Below are positions 27,315 to 39,845 of a stretch of 64,000 bases of DNA, piece by piece (position 1 is the stretch's first letter; every line of letters begins with the position of its first letter). The notes under the pieces are model-generated. The model searched no databases and had not been told where the DNA came from. It saw only the letters and a program-made list of their open reading frames with translations. Source of the DNA: Guillardia theta CCMP2712. Its lineage: Eukaryota; Protista; Cryptophyta. Both the position numbers and the translations under genes were made by a program. The stretch covers positions 825,784-889,783 of the forward strand of contig NW_005434660.1 in the NCBI RefSeq assembly GCF_000315625.1, read 5' to 3'.

Positions 27315-29273
27315 TCAGTCGCTGTCGCTCACGCTCCCACTGTCGCTCTCGCTAGACTGCAGGTGGGTAAGTTCGTCAGCTGGGTAAGAGCTCTGCGTGC
27401 AGTTACCTTTGCTTGCTTCGCCGCAGCCGCTTTCTTCGCAGCATTCAAGTTTACAGCACTCTGAACGAGATCGTCAGTGAAGGAGAGAGGAAGGGAGTGA
27501 GTGTATCGAAAGATGAGGTAAGGAGGGAGGGCAAAGGAGGGAAGAGAGGAGGGAGGAAGAACACGACAGGACAGGGGGGAGGAAGATGAATAAGAGGAAA
27601 GGAGAGAGATTTCCTCACCTTTCCCTTTCTTCGAGCGTTAACTGATACCTTGGGCGCCCTTTTCTTGCCCTGTGGAGGGCTCAGTGTTGGAGAGAGAGAC
27701 AGAGCAGAGGGGGGGTTCGACAAGAAGAACATGTGTACAAAGGAGGAGGAGAACGACGAGGGCGAGGAGAAGAGGAGGAGGGGAGGGAGAGGTCGACGAG
27801 CAACCGACCGTCTTAAATCCCTTATCTGTAAACTTTCCCTGGCCTCTCTCCCGCGACGGAGGAGGTCCCATCATCATCTCAGCCATCGCCGCCATCATTT
27901 CCTCCATTCCAGCAAGATCCTGCAAGTGGCACGAGGATTCTCAAGTGAGGAAGAGAGTCAATGGGAGGGAACAAGACGTACGTGTCCGCTCTGAAGTTCC
28001 TCGTACCAACTCATGGCCTCCTTCTTGTAGTTCTGAAACAAACATTTCACCACCGGCATAACCATCTCCTCCTCCTCCTCCTCCTCCTCCTCTTCCTCCT
28101 CCTCCTCCTCCTTTCTCTCGCGTTCACTTCTTCTCCCCTCCTCACACTTCAACTCTTTTCATTTTCATCCATCCCGTCTTTCTATCTCTTTGGAAACGTC
28201 CAACCATTCTATCATCAAACGACAAACATTGACATCATTCTGTAAGATCATCTGACCTTTTCAAAGTGAGCTCGCAAGATATTCCGTGTTGAGAATTGCT
28301 GTGTATGCCGATCAGATTTCAGCTTTCAAACAGCATCGCAGTCCCACCTTTCCATCCAAAGTACAGACAAATTTCTTTGGTCCGATCTTGACACAACTCT
28401 CAGTCTACCGATACACAAACACCGTCAGCACACCTGCTCGCTGTGCGCATCCATAAACTCTTCAAGTATCTCTTCCTCCTGCAACTGCATGAGAAGTGAA
28501 CAGGTGAGAGACAGCAGCCCTTGCCTCGTCCGATCCTAGATTCTCCATATCAAACATCCCCGGCATTCCCATCCCCGGCATTCCCATCCCCGGCATTCCC
28601 ATTCCCCCCGGCATGCCGCCCATGCCCTTCATGAAGATAAAGTCGTCCATGTCATCATCGTCCATGAACATCGCCGCGCCTACAGGACAAGAAGGTACCC
28701 GATGTCAACAACACGAAAAAACATCAGGCAGTATGAACAACCATCGGATGGTCAAAACAATTATCACATAACAAAAACAATCAGATTGTGAGAAAAACTT
28801 TACCGAACATCTGTCCGAACATGTTCATGAAGGCATCGAGGTCCATATCGTCGTCCTACGACGAACTCAGCAACCATGGGCGCGAGTCCCGACCAGACTT
28901 ACCAGGTCTTCCGCATCACCAAACTTATCGTATCTATCTCGCTTGTCCTTATCAATCAACACGGAATATGCATGGCTGATCTCTTGGAACTGGTTGAAGA
29001 AAGCCATCAAACTACCAAGTGCCCATCTATCAACGTTTCACCTTGGCCTTCGCGTCTGGATCATCGGGATTCTTGTCAGGATGCCATTTCTGTCTTTGGA
29101 TCAGGCACTGGTAGACCCAAGAGCAACACCGTGTTCTACCATCGCAAGCTTCCTGTAAGCTTTCTTGATCTCGTCCTCCGACGATGCTCGTTGAACGCCG
29201 AGCACCTGAGTTGCCGTCACGTAACAAGTCATGACACCCAGCAGGGAGGTACCTCATAGTAATCCTTCGACAT
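27315..29273 (-). CDS. DnaJ/Hsp40 J-domain protein with a G/M-rich region (multi-exon)
   Basis: MSKDYYE|VLGVQRASSEDEIKKAYRKLA...KWHPDKNPDDPDAKAK (HPD motif), GMGGMPGGMGMPGMGMPG tract, basic/Ser-rich C terminus. Confidence 0.9.
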
Positions 29274-29729
29274 TGCAGATGATGCTACTGCCTCCTGCAA
29301 CATCGTGAGAGCCTCGTCTCATTGAGCTCTGGCAAGCCAGTGTGCCAATCAACGTGCATGTTTCGTCCAGCACGTATTCTTAGTTGCTTCTGGTGACATG
29401 AGACTATCGATCGATCCTGTTTAGATTGCAGAACGTCCGTAGCTCTCATAAAATCTCTCACCAAACTCATTCTCTCACTTCACTTCTTCTGCTTCTACCA
29501 GCCATTAACCCCTGCCCCACCCTGCCCCCTGCATTCCCTGACTCTTATTTCTCCTCCATCATCTTTCCCTTCCAATCCATCTCCTACTCCTCCTCCTGAC
29601 ATACTCTTCCTGATGAAGATAGCTTTCTCCCTCCCATTGTCTACATCGCCGCCTCCATCGCCGCCTCCTCCCTTCCTCCCTCCTCTCCTTCCTGGTCTTT
29701 GCAGCATTGCGCGGGAAACCGCACTGGCG

Positions 29730-30080
29730 AAACAGTACCCCACCCGTGCTCGAGTTTCTCAGGTTCATGGACCCCTTCATTATGAAGTACCCCCTCTTTT
29801 TCCATAATTAATGACCCCTATATTCCCTCAAGTACCCTGTATTTGACTACCCTCTACCTCAGTCCAAGTACCCCCACATGGTCCACACCCCCCATGGAAA
29901 TTCTCAAATAAGTGCTCTCCCTGATATTTCAAACCCCAAGGAAAGGGGTAGGGTACTTGAAAAATGTGGGTGGGGGGTTATACGGAAAAATCCATTAAGG
30001 CAGAGAAATAGACATTTCAATATCTGATGGGGGGTAGGGGTCACTTGAATGGGGGTAGGGGGTATGATAAGTAGGGGTGA
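29730..30080. promoter_or_regulatory. TACCCC/GGGGTA motif cluster in the divergent DnaJ-TBC intergenic region
   Basis: Repeated (G/C)TACCCC in 29735-29895, followed by repeated GGGGTA(G) in 29945-30078. Confidence 0.5.
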
Positions 30081-30749
30081 GAAATTTGATAATCCACGCG
30101 CATGGAGGTGAGTTCCAGGAACTTGGGCGATATGAGCAGCAGCAGCAGCAGCAAGCAAGCAGCATGCAGGAGCAGGAGCAGCATGCAGGAGCAGGAGCAG
30201 CAAGCAGGAGGGGGAGGACGAGGACGAGGACGAGGGAGGGAAAGGAGAAGAGGAGACGAGAACAGGAGATGATGAGATGATGAGATGAGGCAGATGAGAC
30301 AAGGAGAAGATGATTAAGTACAGACCCGAGTGAGGAGAGGGTAGGGCAGGAAGAGATGGGGAGGAGAAGAAACCAACCATGGGTCCAGACAGCGAGAGGA
30401 TAAGAGAGGAGGGAGGAGCGATGGATGGCTGGAGAATTTCTGTGTGTTAAGTAGTTTTGACCTCACCCCAGTCCATCTGTTCTGTCTCTGACGTCTGTAT
30501 GTTCTAGGAGCTCGGATCGCTGTTAGACAAGCTTTCAATCGGCTCTGAGAGCGAAGCTTTCATCTCGTAAGAAGCCCTCCCTCCCCGCTCTTCTCCTCTT
30601 TCCCTCCCCACTTCCCCTCTCACCTCACCTCCCTGCTTTTACCCGTCTCTTCTCTTGTGGTCCTCGCTCCTCCTCGTCTCAGCTACCGTCTTCCATGCTC
30701 CCTTGGCTCCCCTTCACACCATCTCCCTCCTCTCTCGCGTCCATGTCCG

Positions 30750-32854
30750 GGTGTTGAAGCAGCGCACGCGTTGTGATGTGCTGCTTTGGAGTGATCTGAG
30801 CGCAGACAGGAAGGGTTCTGGACTAGCGAGGGGGGGGAGACAACCCAGGTAGACAGCTTGCCTGCCGCCATGAGTATGACGATATCGGACAGCGAACTGC
30901 GCTCCTCTGCTGAACAGGAACCATGGCTGCCTCAAGACGGAGCAGAAGGAGAATGCGGGGATCCTTGAGCGGACCTCCAAATGGCCTGCGCTGTGTGGGG
31001 CAGATGCGGTCAAGAGTCTTCCAAAGGTGAGATGAGGAGGAGGGAGGGGAGAGTAAGGGCACAGGGGGGAAGAGGAGGAGAAAGCAAAGAAGGAAGGTGT
31101 TGATCCAAGTGTTGATGAAATTGGGAAACGGGAGAAAGAGCAACAGGAACAGATTGAGGTAGTGGGCACAACGAGGGTCAAATTGTCAGAGGAGGTGGAG
31201 GAGGAGGAGGAGGAGGAGGAGGAGGAGGAGGAGAAGTGGATTGAAAGTCTGGTGTGCGCGGCGATGATCGTTTGTCCAGGTCCAGCCAGTGAAGGGAGCA
31301 GGGACGAGCGAGAGCATCCTCTGGAGAGACGCGGAACGAACGTGAGAAGAGGAGGAGCATGAGAATGAGAGGAGGAGCAGAGGTGCAGGTGGAGGTGGAG
31401 GAGGTGGAGGAGGNNNNNNNNNNNNNNNNNNNNNNNNNNNNNNNNNNNNNNNNNNNNNNNNNNNNNNNNNNNNNNNNNNNNNNNNNNNNNNNNNNNNNNN
31501 NNNNNNNNNNNNNNNNNNNNNNNNNNNNNNNNNNNNNNNNNNNNNNNNNNNNNNNNNNNNNNNNNNNNNNNNNNNNNNNNNNNNNNNNNNNNNNNNNNNN
31601 NNNNNNNNNNNNNNNNNNNNNNNNNNNNNNNNNNNNNNNNNNNNNNNNNNNNNNNNNNNNNNNNNNNNNNNNNNNNNNNNNNNNNNNNNNNNNNNNNNNN
31701 NNNNNNNNNNNNNNNNNNNNNNNNNNNNNNNNNNNNNNNNNNNNNNNNNNNNNNNNNNNNNNNNNNNNNNNNNNNNNNNNNNNNNNNCCTCCCGCCTCTC
31801 CTTTCCTCCGCCCTCCTCCTCCTCCTGCCCTTGCTCCCCTCCCCTTCCTCCTCCTCCTCCTCCTCTCCCTCTGCACATCTCCCTTATTGCTCCTCCTCCT
31901 GCTCCACCCTCGGCTCCTCACCCTCCTGTCCCAGGCGTTCCTGCAGGAGGGGTACATGTTCCTCTTCAAACTCTCCGTGTCCATCGTGGAGGCAATCAAG
32001 GCACAGATACTGGCAACGAAACAGAGCGAGGTCGGTGCTAGTCTCGTACGATGCGTCCTCTGACGTGACGTACAGGTCAACAAACTTTTCGAGCTCATGA
32101 GGCTCGACGAGAAGGTCTTTCCCGATGACAACATGGACTTCTTCAAGTCCATCCTGCAAGCTGCCAAGGTCCCATCATCCCCCTCCTCCCTATCCCACTT
32201 CTCAGCCTCTCGTCCTCTCATTTTCTCCCTCTTCTCTGCCTCTTTCCCCTGCCCCCTGTCCCTGTCCCTCACCCTTCCCCTCGCACTCCCCATCTCTCTT
32301 CCTCCTCTTCCCCCTCCCCACATATCTCCCTCTTCTTCCTCCTCCTCCACCGCCACCACCGCTCACTCTTCCTTCCTACTTCCCTGCTCTAGATGTTCTT
32401 CTCTCTTCACCTCTTGACCTGTCACCCTCCCTGATTTTCTTCTCCAGGATTGCGATCTCAAGTCCTCCGACATCGATGCCATGCGCGCAACACAGATGAA
32501 GATCCTCCAGGAGAAGCTGGAGAAGGTGAAAGACCTCCAACCTTCCTCCCCTCCTGCCTCTCCTCCCTCCCTCCTTCCACCTTTGCTCCCGCGCACACTT
32601 CCCTTCCTCGCTCCTTCCTGCCCCTCCCTCCCAACTTTCCCATCCCTCCCCTGCCACTTCTGAGCTGTCATCGAAGGTGCGAGAGAGAGAGAAAGAGCTC
32701 AAGGACGACAGCGACGATGAGATCGTGTTCTCAGACGAGGACGAGGACGAGGAGGTACCTTCACGTTCTCCTCCTCCCTTCTCCCTCTCCCCCGTGCTGA
32801 GCTAGCGCTCCACAGGACGAATCCGAGAGGCTCGCGCGGCTGGCAGCGCAGTGA
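30750..32854 (+). CDS. TBC-domain Rab GTPase-activating protein (multi-exon, central part in gap; start uncertain)
   Basis: ERTSKWPALCG, ILWRDAERT (DxxR arginine-finger motif), AFLQEGYMFLFKLSVSIV (TBC C-terminal helix), acidic tail ending RLAAQ*. Confidence 0.7.
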
Positions 32855-33099
32855 CAGTCCTGGCAGTCTCTCAAGCAGCTAAGGCCATGGAGGCCAAGCA
32901 TGGAGGCGCCTGTAATGGCTCTTGTCCTTAAGTTCAATAGCAATGAAACCAACGATCAGTCAGAACTCAGCAACTCTATCCTCTCCTATCAAATACTGTG
33001 ACAACCATCCCTGATTGAATTCAAACCCGACGGGACCGCTCTCTCTCCCTCCTCTCCTCTCTCACCTCCTCCTTCCCCTATGAGATCTTCTCGCTCTCC

Positions 33100-35517
33100 T
33101 CACACCATCATCCGACGAGCCGTCGACTGCTGCGAGGCAAACGAGCTGCCGCCGTCCACAGACCTCGTAGACTTGTCCCTCTGCTGGGCCAGCAGCTGGT
33201 ATGTTGTGCTGCACACGTTGTGAAGGTTTCGCTTCACGCAGTTCTCCACGTAGTCGTAGTTGAAGCCCATCTCCACCATCTGACGAGCTATCGCCTCATC
33301 CACCTCCAACTGCTGCAAACAACAGTTAGTCGAGCAGCAGCAGCAGAGGAGGAGGAGGAGGAGGAGGAGGAGGAGGAGGAGGAAGACGCGAAGATAGCAA
33401 GACTTACATCTTCGCTCGGAATCTCCGCAGAGTAATCCTCTGATCTCTCGCTGTCGATCACCTTGACTCGCACGTTGGCAGCCTCGTGCCTGGCGAAGGC
33501 TGTGCGGCACCAGCTGTGCTGCTTGATCTCCTGGATCTGCGCTCGCTTCATGGAGTCAACAGTAAGCATCCTGCGGATCAAGTCCTTGCAGTCTTGCGAC
33601 ATGAACGACGGGCAGTCAAACTTTCCCTTCACGATACGACGGCAGAGCTCCTGGTTGCTGCTCCCTTGGAAGGGAAAGTACCCGCAGACCATAGCGTACA
33701 GCACCACCCCGAGGCTCCAGATGTCAACGCTGGTGGGGTTGTAGGGCTTTCTCGCCACTATCTCTGGTGCAGCGTAAGAGGGAGATCCGCAGGCTTTCTT
33801 CAGCTTCTGTCCGGGCTTGAAGGAGACGCTGAAGCCGAAGTCAACGATCTTGATGTTCTTGTTCTCGTCGATGAGGAGGTTGTCCAACTTCACGTCCCTG
33901 TGAACTATGCCCGAGTTGTGGCAGTGCTCTAGACCCTGCACGATCTGGACGAACAGCCGGCATGACTCGGCCTCGGATAGCTTTCGATTCTCACGCACAT
34001 ACTTGCACAAGTCTCCTCCACTACTGAACTGCATGATGAGGTAGATCTTGAAAGGAACGTCCACCACCTCGTAGAGCTTGATGATGTTCGGGTGGGACAG
34101 TGCCTTGAGGATTCGTATCTCCCTCGCTACTCTGCTTCGTGCTTGGGGTTCCGTGAGCTTGCTCTTCTCGAATGTCTTCACTGCGACTCTCTCATTGGTC
34201 AGCAGATGAGTGGCCAGCCTAACTTTGCCGTACGCTCCTTCCCCGAGTGTCTTGCCAATGTTATAGAAATCAATAGACGAGAATGGCTGAGATGTCAACT
34301 ATCAGGTGACCGCAATCGTCAGGCAGCAAGGCACACACCTGTTTCTGTGAGTCTTTGGATAATGTTGAAATAATTCGACGCAGCTCAATCATGTCAACTT
34401 TCTTGGTCTCAGCACTCTCTTTCTCCGACGCCGACGACTGCTTGCTCGAGGATTTCCCGTCGTTGTGGGCATCCGCATCCGAGGTCGCTTTGTTGGAATG
34501 CGGCAGCTTGTCCTGGTTGGCCTCCCTCTTCCCTCCCCCTGTGATGCCACAAGTCAACAAGACGTCAGAACAACTTCGAGGCTCCAAGTGCAAGACGCAG
34601 TTCAGCACCTGGATGCGATGGACCAGCGATCTCGACATCCCCTTTCTTTGTTTGCCCATCGTTTGCCGTTTGCGTCTTGGACACAGACAGCAGGCTGTCC
34701 ACGCTGACCTTGTCCAAGTCGCCAACCCCTACGTTCGCCTCGACCTTCGCTGCAATCGACGACGACCCTGTTGAGTGCTTGGCCTGTCCCCCGTACTAGC
34801 TCCACGTTAGTCAAGCTCTTAACAGTCAAGCAGCAGCACCTTGACAGGTTGAGAATCTCGTTGAGAGAGAGGCCGCAACGTCCCACTCGAAGGCCTTCCA
34901 TCCGCAGTAGACAGGCGAGAGTGAGGGGCTTTAGAAGCTCTGTTCCGATTGAAAGCAGTCGGGTAGAGCATGGCGTCAGATGGCGGACCTGGAAGACCAA
35001 CAGGGTCAGCATGCATGGAACAAGACGCTTCTGCCCCTACCTGATCGCACGGCTTGAGAGCTCTCGTTCTCCTTTTGCTGCGGATTGTATGGAGCTTGTT
35101 TGATGGACAACTTTTCAGTTCTGTCCGTGATGGATTCCACGATTTCGTTGTCACCTACGGATGGTCAGGACAGCACACAGACTCGGCATTTACATACCTT
35201 CTACAGTCTGCTGAGCTGATGTAGGAGCCAAACGGAAGTTCAGAGGTATTGTAACTTTCTTGGCATGCTGGCGCTTCCACCTTAACGGTGAAGCTTCAGT
35301 TTTCTCCCATGTCAGACTTTTCCTCTCAAGCTTACCTTGCGACTCTTGCATCCTCCATGGCATGCAAGCGGGCAAAGTCTGGAACTCGACGGGCAGCAAA
35401 CTGAAACTGATCGTCAGCACTTTGAGGCTTTAGTCAGAGCTGCCATTTCCAGACCTTAGACCGCGGATCATCGCGATTCAACTTGTCGCCTCTTCCTGAT
35501 GCAACAGCGACCGACAT
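33100..35517 (-). CDS. AMPK/SNF1/MARK-family Ser/Thr kinase with UBA domain and long disordered N terminus
   Basis: LGEGAYGKV, VAVK, HPNIIKLYEV, HRDVKLDN, DFG, CGSPSYAAPE, DIWSLGVVLYAMVCGYFPF. Last exon UBA-like: QMVEMGFNYDYVENCVKRNLHNVCSTTYQLL. Confidence 0.93.
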
Positions 35518-36425
35518 CTTTGCTTTTTCGCCACCCGGTTCAGGGTTGTGACATCAACAATGGAGAGCTGTATGGGAATGTGGCGCGAGGAGCTAACAGC
35601 CCATGGACAAACTGAGGGCAGTCCGTTCAGTTTAACTGACAAAGCGTTTCAGTTGGGTGCGAAAACATGGCGTCCATGAGACTTGTCGTCGGGACTCTCC
35701 TCGTCCTCCTCTTCCCTTCGCTCAGCATCTCTCCCACCTCATCGATCGCTGTATCCTCAACATGCGCACCCCCATCGCCTCTCTCAATCCCGATCGCCAC
35801 AGCAAGGTCGATACTAGGCGCTCTCGGACACCTCATACCTTCTTCCGTTCACCTCTACACGTCTCCTTTCTCCTTGCCTGCATATCTGAAGTTTCGATCC
35901 ATACAGCTGTCTTCGCCTCACTCCTCCTCCCTCCCTTCCCCTCTCCTCCCTCGTTTTCCTCATCTCTGTGCCGCTATGCAGGGATTTCAAACTCGGAATC
36001 CCGTCCCACACCGGTCATACACCTAAGAATTTACATACCGGTTTAATATACCATAAAATTGTTGAAACAGATAGGGTTGGGTATATCACCCTACCTATTC
36101 ATTCTTTTTGGCCGAACGGTCAACATCCAATAAAAATTGCATGTATCTGTGAGTCCGCCTCAGCGAAAGGCTATGATAATGATGTTGGGTGGCGATGCAG
36201 ATGGGACCTCAAGCCCCATCATGCTTGTTTCAGGAAACAGCACAATGCAGAATCAACCAAGAACATCTATCTACATGCCATGTACTGCAATGCGAGAAAT
36301 GCCGACGTGAGAAATGCCGACGTTGTTTTCATGCAATATGTGCGGGAAGTCCAGATAAACCCAATACATGCGAGCAAGAGCCCTCTTGCTCGCAACTTGG
36401 ATTCCAGATAAACAGGTCAAGGGGA

Positions 36426-36520
36426 AGATGTCAGATGTCAGATGTCAGATGTCAGATGTCAGATGTCAGATGTCAGATGTCAGATGTCAGATGCCAGATG
36501 TCAGATGCCAGATGTCAGAT
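36426..36520 (+). repeat. 7-bp tandem repeat (AGATGTC) x ~13
   Basis: Directly visible, with two AGATGCC variants. Confidence 0.95.
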
Positions 36521-36734
36521 TGATCAGCAGAGGCTTTGAGTAGATTGCCAAGAGTCGAGGAAAGGGACAGGAAGCTAACAAGTGTTGGGATCAGCAAGTG
36601 AATTGGTTTTCGCTCTCAGGAGCAATCGTTTGGAAGAAAGAGTAAGATCGTGTGGAGATTGAAAGCAACCTTGATAGTGGATGATGAAGGATCCAAGAGG
36701 AAGGAAATAGAGACGGATCGCTGGGAACAAAACT

Positions 36735-37431
36735 ACGAGAAGACGTTGTCCATGATGTAGAAGACACCATCCATGGGGACGGGCCCTTCTTCGTAGATGT
36801 TGAGATTGTGGACAAAATTAATGCACGGTCCATTGCTGACATGCCTGCTGATTGCAATGACATAATCATTATCGTATGGGATAATGAGTTAACATATCAC
36901 ACATCCATCCCTGTTCTGGGCGTACTTGTACTTGACGACTCTCCAGGTCACATACACGTCCTCTTCCTCAAGGGCATATAACTTCAAGCAAAGATGGAAT
37001 GGTATTAAACTGGTATTTGTATTGTATATCAGGCTATTTTTCAATCCATGCGCACGCTTTAGCAAGTTTAGTGAAAACTATACTGTGATAGATCCTGGCC
37101 TTGGTACAGACATCATAGTAGCCAAATAAAGGGTAAAGTTTCATCTTCCAAACACACTCAATGCATGTGTGCCCGGTCCCTTTACCTCCTTCTCTTCGAT
37201 TAGCCTTGCAATCTCCTTGAGTTCTCTTGCATACAGCACTGTCATTATCTTTCCATCCTCCCCTCTATCAGCTCGTTGTACAAAGTCTTGTAAAAGCTCA
37301 GGCGTTCCGAGAGGTCGGCAGGCAGCGAGGAAGCCTCGGACCCGCCGCGAAGCCGGACCAAGGGTAGGGGGCGCGACCTGCATAAGGGTGTCACTGGTCT
37401 TGATATCCCAGTACGACTTGGCATGGACCAC
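36735..37431 (-). pseudogene. Decayed intronless ORF of unknown origin
   Basis: Protein-like segments (LLQDFVQRADRGEDGKIMTVLYARELKEIARLIEEKEVK; CIECVWKMKLYPLFGYYDVCTKARIYHSIVF; LYALEEEDVYVTWRVVKYKY; DYVIAISRHVSNGPCINFVHNLNIYEEGP) broken by frameshifts and in-frame TAG/TAA. More AT-rich than the host exons. Confidence 0.4.
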
Positions 37432-37450
37432 AAGACGACCTCGCTGATGC

Positions 37451-38870
37451 TACTGGCCAGGGGGAGCAGGCGGCGGCGCAGGCGGCGCTGCAGGCGGCGG
37501 CGAAGATGGCGGCGAGGCTAGTGGATCGATCCATGCCCATGAGCTGTTAGTAGAATCGGAGGATCAGCGAAGGATCCTATTCTACTCAAATATTCGTAGG
37601 TAGGAAGTCCTTCGCCAAGATTTATAAAGAACTTTCGGGAATGAACAGTACATGGGATGTAGACATGATATAAACGAAGACATGGACTCGAAGACTTCAA
37701 CAATTCCACGGTTCTCCCGCAACGGGATTCATAGCAGTCTCTTCAAAGTGGTCAGAACGTCAACGAATCTCTTTCAGACCAGCGCATGCCCATTTGCGAT
37801 TGAGATCCACGGAGTACACCTTCCCTTCTCCCCCTTTCCAGTTCGAACCTCGACGCATTTGCAAGGACACAGCCGAGCCAACAGGGCCTATCAGAAACTG
37901 CCCAAGGTCCTTGGTCTTCATGCCAATTACCTGCAAACACAATCAGGAACCAGACTGCGAAACAGGTTTCAAGAGCGTCTCTACAAGAATAAATGCATTA
38001 TGAAAAATGCTCGATCATGCTGACAAAGAGATGCGGCCCTTACATCCTTGCCGTCGATGCGGACCAGGACGTCGCCCTCCTGGATCTGCTTGCTGGTATC
38101 TGCCGGTCCCCCGACGCTCAGGGCCTTGACATAGACATTGTAGTTGTTGTAGGTCGGATTGGAGCAATCTTCGAGGATCAATCCCACACCACACTCTCCA
38201 GCGCTGAAACAGACACGCTCAGCTTTGCCAGCTCATGAACGATCATACATGTCATTTGTACGAACCTTGTGTCCGGGAGGTCGGGAGGACGGGAGGACAC
38301 ACAACAAGTGATAGCAGCTCCAGAGACCCCCAGCCAGTCTCGTACTGCAGGAGGGATGACACTGAGGAGGTTTCCAAGAGCTCCGTCCTGCACTTCATCC
38401 TGGCGTGGCTCCTCCTCCTTCCCCGCTGTCGTTGGTGTCGGCGCACCCCTACCGCGATGCTTGGAGATCCCAGCGCTCTGCATCACGAGCTCCTCGTATT
38501 CTCTGTGCACAGCAAGATGAAACACTTGGCGCCGTTCACCTTACGCAGTTTGGCAGTCTCATATTTCGCTAGTTTCCTGGAGGGTACCGTAGAAGTCAGC
38601 AGGCAGTGCCAACGTTCCAACACCCGTCAGTTACAGATCGGCAGTAATGGTTGCAATCAAGATATTCAATCATCTATGGCCCTTGAAGAAAAACCATGCA
38701 TTTCCCGTGGTGCAGGGAAACAATCAATGAGCATCATGATTTACAATGTTGTCGGTTCGTTTCAAAGAACAATCCAATCAACCTTCCATTCCAAACCAGA
38801 AGAACATGCGTTTGGAATGCTTCACAGCAACCCAACATCGATTGCATTCACAAGCATCATTGCACCATCA
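37451..38870 (-). CDS. PDZ-domain protein with Pro-rich C terminus (multi-exon; start uncertain)
   Basis: GLILEDC...NVYVKALSVGGPADTSKQIQEGDVLVRIDGKD|VIGMKTKDLGQFLIGPVGSAVSLQMRR is a canonical PDZ fold sequence. Confidence 0.8.
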
Positions 38871-39845
38871 ACTCCTTCTCTCCTTCTCTCCTTCTCCTCA
38901 CCTTCCCCTCACCTTCCAAGGGCCCTGCCATGCACTGTGTGACCAATCACCTATCTCGCTCACCCCTGCGTTTACTAGCAGATATGTACCCCTGGTATGA
39001 TAAATTTAAACTCTAACTTGAATTTGATCAGCTTTAATTTGAAATTTAAATTTATAACTCTAAATCGCTTCAACTCTGGAAACTGCGTTTCCGGGAGTCC
39101 GGGCCGGCCTCAGTTGTGGTCCGGGCTCAACTTATCGCCGGAGTCGGACCGTACCGGTGACCTGCGTGCTGTCCGAGTCGGAGTGCCGCAGTGCGCCAAC
39201 GGTGGCCGCTGAGCGGCCGGGCGAAGTTCAAGTTTGGATCGGATCCGATCAGACGGTGCCGCTGTCCGATCCCCAAACTTGGCTTGAAACTTTTTACTGA
39301 TACCTCAACCTCTCCGAGCCTCGGACTGAGGCTGAGGTGACTGCCCGGCCACCGTCGGACGGGCCGCCGCGACTCCCGTCCCCGGAGCCTCAGAGTCCCG
39401 GTCGGGGGCCTCGGAACTTCGGAAGCCGGCCTCGATCCCAACGGTTTGCCGCTCCGATCTCCGTTAGCTTACTGATTTTTTTCTGCATCAACAGTGCGCC
39501 GCCGCCCCGCGTCGTTAATATCCTATACCCGGCCTCTGTGGAGTGTTCTATGGAAATCGCCAAGAAACCTGATGGATTAGTTACTCGGAGCCGGGCCGGG
39601 CTGATGAGTCCAACGGACGTACGACAGGGGGCAGCTCAACTCAGAAGTGATGAGGCCCCGGGGGTAGGGTCCGACGGACCTGACATGGCCCAGTACGGTA
39701 GTACCGGGTACCGGAGTTGTACTCACGGTACTGCAGTCATGATGGTAGAGGGGGTGGTACCATATAGAACGGTTCGACGGTCACCGGGTCCCGGTCGGTT
39801 CGGGGGGCCAGGTGGGGTGGTACTACGGCTTGGAAAGAAGCCGCC

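Noticed and set aside
36426-36520. (AGATGTC)n as a telomeric repeat
   Set aside because: It has no G-run telomere-like composition and is internal. Treated as a simple minisatellite.
36735-37140. In-frame TAA/TAG as evidence for a reassigned genetic code
   Set aside because: Intact genes in the window terminate at TAA, TAG and TGA, and this segment also has frameshifts. Pseudogene decay is the simpler explanation.
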